23,133 nt of DNA from Candidatus Bathyarchaeota archaeon. GTDB taxonomy: Archaea; Thermoproteota; Bathyarchaeia; 40CM-2-53-6. The translations under genes were made by a program, and so were the position numbers. This document shows, piece after piece, positions 18,170 to 23,133 of the stretch; positions within the stretch are counted from its first letter, which is position 1, and each line of letters starts with the position of its first letter. The stretch spans positions 1 through 23,133 of the forward strand of contig CAWHWX010000025.1 in NCBI GenBank assembly GCA_963833125.1. The letters run 5' to 3'. Below the pieces are notes generated by a model that was given only the letters and a program-made list of their open reading frames with translations, made no database searches and had not been told where the DNA came from.

Positions 18170-18406
18170 CTAAGAAAGCCGAAGACTAGAAATCGATTGT
18201 CTTTCAGGAGTTCCCGGACTGAATATGTGTTCAGGGTTGTGGATTCCGCAGCATTCGCATGATGACTGAACCGTTCCCCGACACTTCTCATGGTCATTCG
18301 ATAGACATGAAGGGCAGATGCCTGTCCAATCGTTGCATTGGTCGCCTAGTTGGGTTGACATGGTCAGTGGAAATATGTCAGTGGAGGTCAAATTTGTTCC
18401 CTGCAT
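18170..18406 (-). CDS. Small Cys/His-rich protein (78 aa, or 63 aa from ATG 18361)
   Basis: QC..WTGICPSC..DHEKC...SCECCGIH..EH holds 7 Cys and 3 His in about 37 residues. Confidence 0.5.
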   Translation of the reverse strand: MQGTNLTSTDIFPLTMSTQLGDQCNDWTGICPSCLSNDHEKCRGTVQSSCECCGIHNPEHIFSPGTPERQSISSLRLS

Positions 18407-18624
18407 GAATTCCGTGAGGTGTTGTTACTCACATTCCGAAGCTACATCTCAAGTCGGGTCAGAATCATAGCCATGCCACGCTAATGCTACGGGGTGAGTA
18501 ACGCCCCGTCTACGCAACTGAGCCCATAAACTGCAACCGCAAGCCAAAATGCGACATTTAACAGAACCTCTTATCCGACGGAACTTTACAGCAACAATTG
18601 CGTCCATCCGACAGAGACTTGACG

Positions 18625-19980
18625 TTACCGAAAAAAGGTAACGGATCGTAAGCGGACGATTAACCGGTGTTCTTCTTCTCGCAGTCGGCGGGAAGACAGG
18701 ACTAACGCTGCTAACCCAACTACTAGGCCGACGATTACAGATTCGATTGGAAAACCCGCAGATCGGTAGGCCGCTCCCTGTGCTCGCACTCGTCGATGTC
18801 ATTGATGTCGAGGCTGAGGAAGTGGTAACTGTTGGGGGTTGGGTTGGTACGAAGAGCAATCCCTTAGGGCTTTGGAACACGTTACTCAAGGGAGTTATCT
18901 TTCCGGTAGACAAGTCGAGGGTGCCCACGAGAGGGTTGGCGTTGTCATTAGGTTCCCCTACAAACACCGTACCGGCTGGCCACCCGGCCGTGTTGAGGGC
19001 TTGGATTGCGTTCGCTGCGCTGTCGACGACGTAGAGCGTTCCTTGATTCGCGGGTTGCGACTGCAAGACCGTCGATCGGAGGGACATTGCCAGGCTTGTT
19101 GTCGCTGAGGTTCAGAACATTCAGAACGGTAAGCGTGGGGTTAGTTCCGCTGAGTGACGCGGAATATGATCTGGCCGTCGGCTTGGCTGATAGTCGCGAG
19201 GTCTCCAGCAAACATGGGGCTTTCCGACGGCATGATGAAGTTTGTATCAGGGTCGGTGAGGCCGAGTTTAACGTTCGCACCAGTGGTGACATTCATAGCC
19301 ATACCATTGTTGTAGAAGAGTGCCGTGAGGTTGGCGGTGTGAGTCGAGTTGTCGAGCGTGACGAGATAGTCCGTGTCCTGAGTAGTGTCATTTGGGTTGG
19401 AGTGAATCACGTAAATTTGGTCTCCACTCACGGCAATGCTATCTGTTCCTCCGTTCCCCGGAAACTGCGGGGTCGGGACTGTACATGAATCTAATCACTG
19501 TTCGCGTGGCAGGTTCTATCAAGTTGAAGGCTGAGTAATCGTCTTCGTTGACGGTCGCAATCAACCGACCCCTCGCAGGGTCGGCGATTAAGCCGTCACA
19601 CTTGCCGGCCACGGATACATTTTCAACTAACGTACCTGTTGACGGGTCGTATCCTGCTACGGTACACAATGTCGGTCCTCCGGAATGACCGGCTGTGCCG
19701 TTTGGCATGATCCCGTTTTGGAAGGCGGTCCAAATGAGGGCCGCACCGCCGTCCAAGCCGGGGATTGCTAGTAATGTGATATCATCCGGTCCTTTCGAGC
19801 CCGCTGGCGGTGAAGAGACAAAGGCGTGCTCGGTAGGGAACTCGGCTGGGCCAGGGTCGTTGATCCAGGGAACATTAGACTTAGAGTTAGAGCGCAGAGG
19901 AAAGTAATGAGGCAAATATATCCTAATGTCTTGCACCGACTGAACGAACTCATGGGATGTCGGTCTTGTTGGGCGACCAT
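18625..19980 (-). CDS. Secreted/surface beta-rich protein with Ser/Thr linker and PGF-CTERM-like tail (~450 aa), broken by five single-base indels
   Basis: Pieces join in order: signal peptide (19980) / ~19830 / GPDDI..GKCDGL..ATVNED / ~19457 / NGGTDSI..LTDPD..SQADGQIIF / ~19161 / ASLSG..PPIDGLAVAT / ~19052 / GTLYVVD..SPKGLLFVP..TTSSASTS / ~18760 / AGFPIESVIVGLVVGLAALVLSSRRLR. Confidence 0.72.
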
Positions 19981-20146
19981 TTAACGCCCTTCAATGGAGA
20001 ACATGTGAGGGTATGGTACACGACATATCCGTAGTGAAGGACTGAGAAGTGAAACTGACTGATTGAACAGTTCTTCATGCGGTCCGCTTACGGGGCAATC
20101 GCTGACGTTACCCTATTTAGTAATGAAAATGCCCGTAAGCCTGATG

Positions 20147-20356
20147 TTACTTTTTCTTTCGCAACCGGCGTTCTAGGTCGGCTACACGTTTCTCCAGCTT
20201 AACGATTCGTTGCGCATTTTTCTTCGATTCTCGGTTAATATCCGTGCTCAATTTCCTAGCGTGCTGATCTAGCTTCGTCGCAAACGCTTTAGCAGCCTGT
20301 TCCTGCCTCTGTTCGATTTGGCTGAGATGATCGCGCAGTTCCTTGAACTTACCCAT
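20147..20356 (-). CDS. Small coiled-coil hypothetical protein (69 aa; alternative GTG start 20371)
   Basis: Heptad pattern IVKLEKRVADLERRL, with a purine-rich GAGTGAGG upstream. Confidence 0.6.
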   Translation of the reverse strand: MGKFKELRDHLSQIEQRQEQAAKAFATKLDQHARKLSTDINRESKKNAQRIVKLEKRVADLERRLRKKK

Positions 20357-20702
20357 GTCGCAGAGCCTCACTCATAATACAGCAATCAAGTGCTATAAGG
20401 CATTAGAATTAAGCGAAACGACCATCCTGTATCTCGTTCACTTCCTGAACTATGAAGCGTATAGAGAGTCCTAGCGCCACACGATTCACCGCCAACACAT
20501 TTTTCTCATCCTCTTGGCTATTGTGAAGATGTGAAACAATCGTGAGCGACCAACCTATCTCAAAGAAGTTACACTGGATGGAAGGTCAAGTCTTCCTACC
20601 CTACAGCAAGAAGATCATTGGCTTCAGTCGAATCGGCCCACACATAACAGCGGAATCAACCAAAAGTGACCCAAAACATCGATCCATGGAGGTTTTGAAT
20701 TG

Positions 20703-20825
20703 ATGCCCTGGTTGTATCCTGAACTCGACCATCCGCACATGCTGAATGAGGAGACGGTACCAGAAGGATACAGACGTTACGCCGGTCGGAGGGCCTGGAC
20801 CCTTCCAGTTACTTCCAGACAATAA
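20703..20825 (+). CDS. Possible 40-aa microprotein
   Basis: GGAGGT at 20688-93, with a TGATG overlap to upstream ORF 20542-20703. Translation is MPWLYPELDHPHMLNEETVPEGYRRYAGRRAWTLPVTSRQ. Confidence 0.35.
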   Translation: MPWLYPELDHPHMLNEETVPEGYRRYAGRRAWTLPVTSRQ

Positions 20826-21023
20826 AGCAACACCCCTCTCTTTCGAATAATCAAGGAATCGAATCTGCCGGCGGAGGATTCGAGTCGTCATGGAAACCGA
20901 TCTGGCGGCTTCTTAGTAATCTCCGACACTAGTGCGACTAGTTCTTGTGTGTGGGCCTGGTGGTGCCCACCCAAACGCCTGCCTTATGAAACAGTTAGCC
21001 ACTAGCCAAGCCGGGAAAACGAA

Positions 21024-21986
21024 ATGCAATTGGTTCTGGGTGCGACGGGTGGGATTGGCCACTGGGTCGTTGAGAAATTACTCGACCGAAAGAACTACGT
21101 TCGCATCATGGTACGTGACCCCACGAGGGCGAAAACATTTTCGAACATGGAGCAAGTCGAGATTCTTCAAGGTGACGCCGTTAATATTGATGACGTGAGG
21201 AAAGCGGTCGCAGGGACAGATCCAGTCTACCATTGCGTAAACGTGCCATATCAGGAATGGAAATCGAAAGTCATTCCCATGCTTCAGAACACTATCACTG
21301 CCGCTACGGAAAGCGCGGCAAAGATAGTGTTCCCCGGAAACGTGTACGTCTACGGACATATCCAGTCCGAGCTCGTTCGAGAAGATCACCCATTCGCAGC
21401 CTACACCAGAAAGGGCAAGATACGCATTCGAATGGAACAGATGCTCAATGATGCCTGGAAATCAGAAAAGGTTCCTTATACCATTGTGCGTTTCCCAGAC
21501 TTCTACGGCCCGTTTGTCGTCAACGACATCTACGCACCAATTTTCCGCAATGCGCTTCAAGGTCGACCGATGGCGTGGTATGGAAGGTTGAATGTTCCAA
21601 TTGAGTTCGCGTACATCGAAGATGCCGCCGAAGCACTTGTCATGGCGGGCTTGGACAATGGTACGAGCGGGGAATCTTACAATGTACCGGGGGCGGACGT
21701 TACAACACCTCGACGGTGGCTGGAGCTAGTGGCTTCAACTGCAGGAACAAAAGCGAGGATACGCACCGTCCCGAAATTCATGGTCGCGCTCGCTGGAATC
21801 CCTAATTCCCAAGTGCGTGAGTTCTACGAGATGCTGTACTTCAAAAGGGAACGCTTAATCCTCGACGGGACCAAGTTCGGAAAGACGTTTGGCAAAATAC
21901 CGACCACTCCATACAAGGACGGAATCAAGAAGACACTTGACTGGTTCCGAATCAATAACAAACCAGAAATCGACTCTCGCGCCTGA
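21024..21986 (+). CDS. NAD-dependent epimerase/dehydratase (atypical SDR) family protein
   Basis: VLGATGGIG Rossmann motif, plus PGNVYVYG, TRKGKIR..ME, RFPDFYGP, YIEDAA and TPYKDGIKKTLDW. Confidence 0.9.
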   Translation: MQLVLGATGGIGHWVVEKLLDRKNYVRIMVRDPTRAKTFSNMEQVEILQGDAVNIDDVRKAVAGTDPVYHCVNVPYQEWKSKVIPMLQNTITAATESAAKIVFPGNVYVYGHIQSELVREDHPFAAYTRKGKIRIRMEQMLNDAWKSEKVPYTIVRFPDFYGPFVVNDIYAPIFRNALQGRPMAWYGRLNVPIEFAYIEDAAEALVMAGLDNGTSGESYNVPGADVTTPRRWLELVASTAGTKARIRTVPKFMVALAGIPNSQVREFYEMLYFKRERLILDGTKFGKTFGKIPTTPYKDGIKKTLDWFRINNKPEIDSRA

Positions 21987-21996
21987 AAAAGGTGGG

Positions 21997-22566
21997 TCAC
22001 AGCTGCACCGCAGCAAGCTTGCCAAGATTCTCCACAGAGTTCCTCCCCTTCGGGTTCGCGAGCATGGCTGAAGCATAGCTCCAATCTGTGCGCGATTTGC
22101 GGTTGTGAAAGGGAGCGATGATGATTACCCCAAGGATATTATCTGAATTCTCGTCAAAAAATCTGTCTCCAAAAGCGCGGGTAATTGCAATCCTACTTGA
22201 CGCCATTTCTCTGTCTGCCGAGGTAGATGTCGAGAGGACAGCTAACGCTGACTCTCTTCGTGGTAATTGTTTTATCGAGTGGGCTCGAAGGCGCAACATT
22301 TCTCGTAGAGCGGTCTTTCGGAAAGAGATGTTTCGTTTGACTACTCGAACATCGTGAGTTTTGACTTCTACGTAGGTCCAATCCCCTTCCAGATCTATAG
22401 CCAAATCAGCGCATCTTCCTCCCGGAACAGGGGGTTCAGACCTAACGGCAATGCCTCTCTGTGTATAGGTTCGCGCGATGCCGTTCACCACGGCGGAGTG
22501 ATCGAAGTCCATTGCGTGCTCCAGTGTGGAGACGTAGATCTCGTTGTCCGAGATTGGGGTTGACAT
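21997..22566 (-). CDS. Hypothetical protein with a PD-(D/E)XK nuclease-like motif
   Basis: VRSE...ADLAI......YVEVK, followed by a helix ending in QLP and a hydrophobic strand. Confidence 0.55.
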   Translation of the reverse strand: MSTPISDNEIYVSTLEHAMDFDHSAVVNGIARTYTQRGIAVRSEPPVPGGRCADLAIDLEGDWTYVEVKTHDVRVVKRNISFRKTALREMLRLRAHSIKQLPRRESALAVLSTSTSADREMASSRIAITRAFGDRFFDENSDNILGVIIIAPFHNRKSRTDWSYASAMLANPKGRNSVENLGKLAAVQL

Positions 22567-22786
22567 CTCGGATGCGGCTTCTGGGCATCACTTATCTTCG
22601 TTTCCTACGAGATTTCATTAGATCACAGTGTCCCTATGCGATTCACGTGCAGGGTTTAGCAGTAGCATTTGAACTCAATATTGTCCGTTGCTATGCTGTT
22701 CATGTGAACCACTAGCGGATCCGTGATTGCAGTGAGGATCATTCATATTCTTCCGCAAGTCCCCCACGCAATCAGAGGTGAACGAT

Positions 22787-22877
22787 TTGGGAAAGAACAA
22801 ACAAGTTCGTGTCGTGGATAAAGAGGATGAGGAAGCTTCTAAAGAAGAGAGCGAAGATGCGGAGTAACTCGCCCTAA
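22787..22877 (+). CDS. Small ORF region behind a strong SD: an acidic 26-aa peptide (22787-22867) or an eL41-like basic peptide in the +1 frame (22809-22877)
   Basis: GAGGTGA at 22775-81. The frames read MGKNKQVRVVDKEDEEASKEESEDAE and VSWIKRMRKLLKKRAKMRSNSP. Confidence 0.3.
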
Positions 22878-23133
22878 AGATCCGAAAATCTCAGCCCTAT
22901 TCTCTCCCTGCTTCTTCCATTCTTCAAAGTCCAAGGCAACATGAAGTATCTCTATTGTCTAATGGATGACCAAACCCACTTCGGAATTGCTCGTAGATTT
23001 TTCTCGCAGATAGCTGACCCTACGAAGCTGAGTCAGCAGACGAAAAATAGCAGTTAAACCAACTGACGAGAAGGTATCGCTACCTCTTCGAGGCAGGCAC
23101 TGGTTTCTGAGTTTCCCCTCGGAATCAGGCTCC

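Noticed and set aside
20859-20890. tRNA 3'-end-like string on the minus strand (TCGAATCCTCCGCCGGCA), also a TCGAATC/GATTCGA hairpin, as a possible att site
   Set aside because: There is no 5' T-stem or cloverleaf, the spacing is one base short, and there is no integrase or second copy in the window.
315-22715. Many antisense or alternative-frame ORFs in the track (e.g. 315-593, 3874-4332, 6518-6970, 10131-10541, 11535-11873, 14784-15245, 19006-19488, 21078-21389)
   Set aside because: They are shadows of well-supported genes and have no motifs of their own.
17820-22867. Two 26-aa peptides with a basic N-terminus, an acidic C-terminus and an AE ending, as a family or RiPP precursors
   Set aside because: They have no real sequence similarity and there are no modifying enzymes nearby.
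1-23133. CRISPR array, rRNA/tRNA genes, IS element or integrase
   Set aside because: No periodic repeats, RNA-gene signatures, transposase motifs or terminal inverted repeats were found by eye.

Overview
An archaeal locus, probably TACK and possibly Bathyarchaeia-like. This is inferred from an AbrB-PhoU regulator, TATA-like boxes about 25 nt upstream of start codons, a PGF-CTERM-like sorting tail and CxxC microproteins. It is built around phosphate economy. (1) A long-form pyruvate kinase homologue with altered active-site motifs. (2) A translationally coupled polyphosphate operon: ppx, then a single-chain double thymidylate-kinase-fold protein (probable fused family-3 polyphosphate kinase), then a fusion of a very basic ~100-aa tail, a CHAD domain and a SixA phosphatase. 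(3) An arsenic module, arsR-arsC divergent from arsM-acr3. (4) A split, divergent Pst system, pstSCA versus pstB-phoU-abrB/phoU. (5) An accessory region with several Cys-rich microproteins, a secreted surface protein, an NAD-dependent epimerase and a PD-(D/E)XK-like ORF. At least nine single-base indels break otherwise intact genes without in-frame stops, so they are most likely sequencing or assembly errors. No rRNA, tRNA, CRISPR array or mobile element was found.
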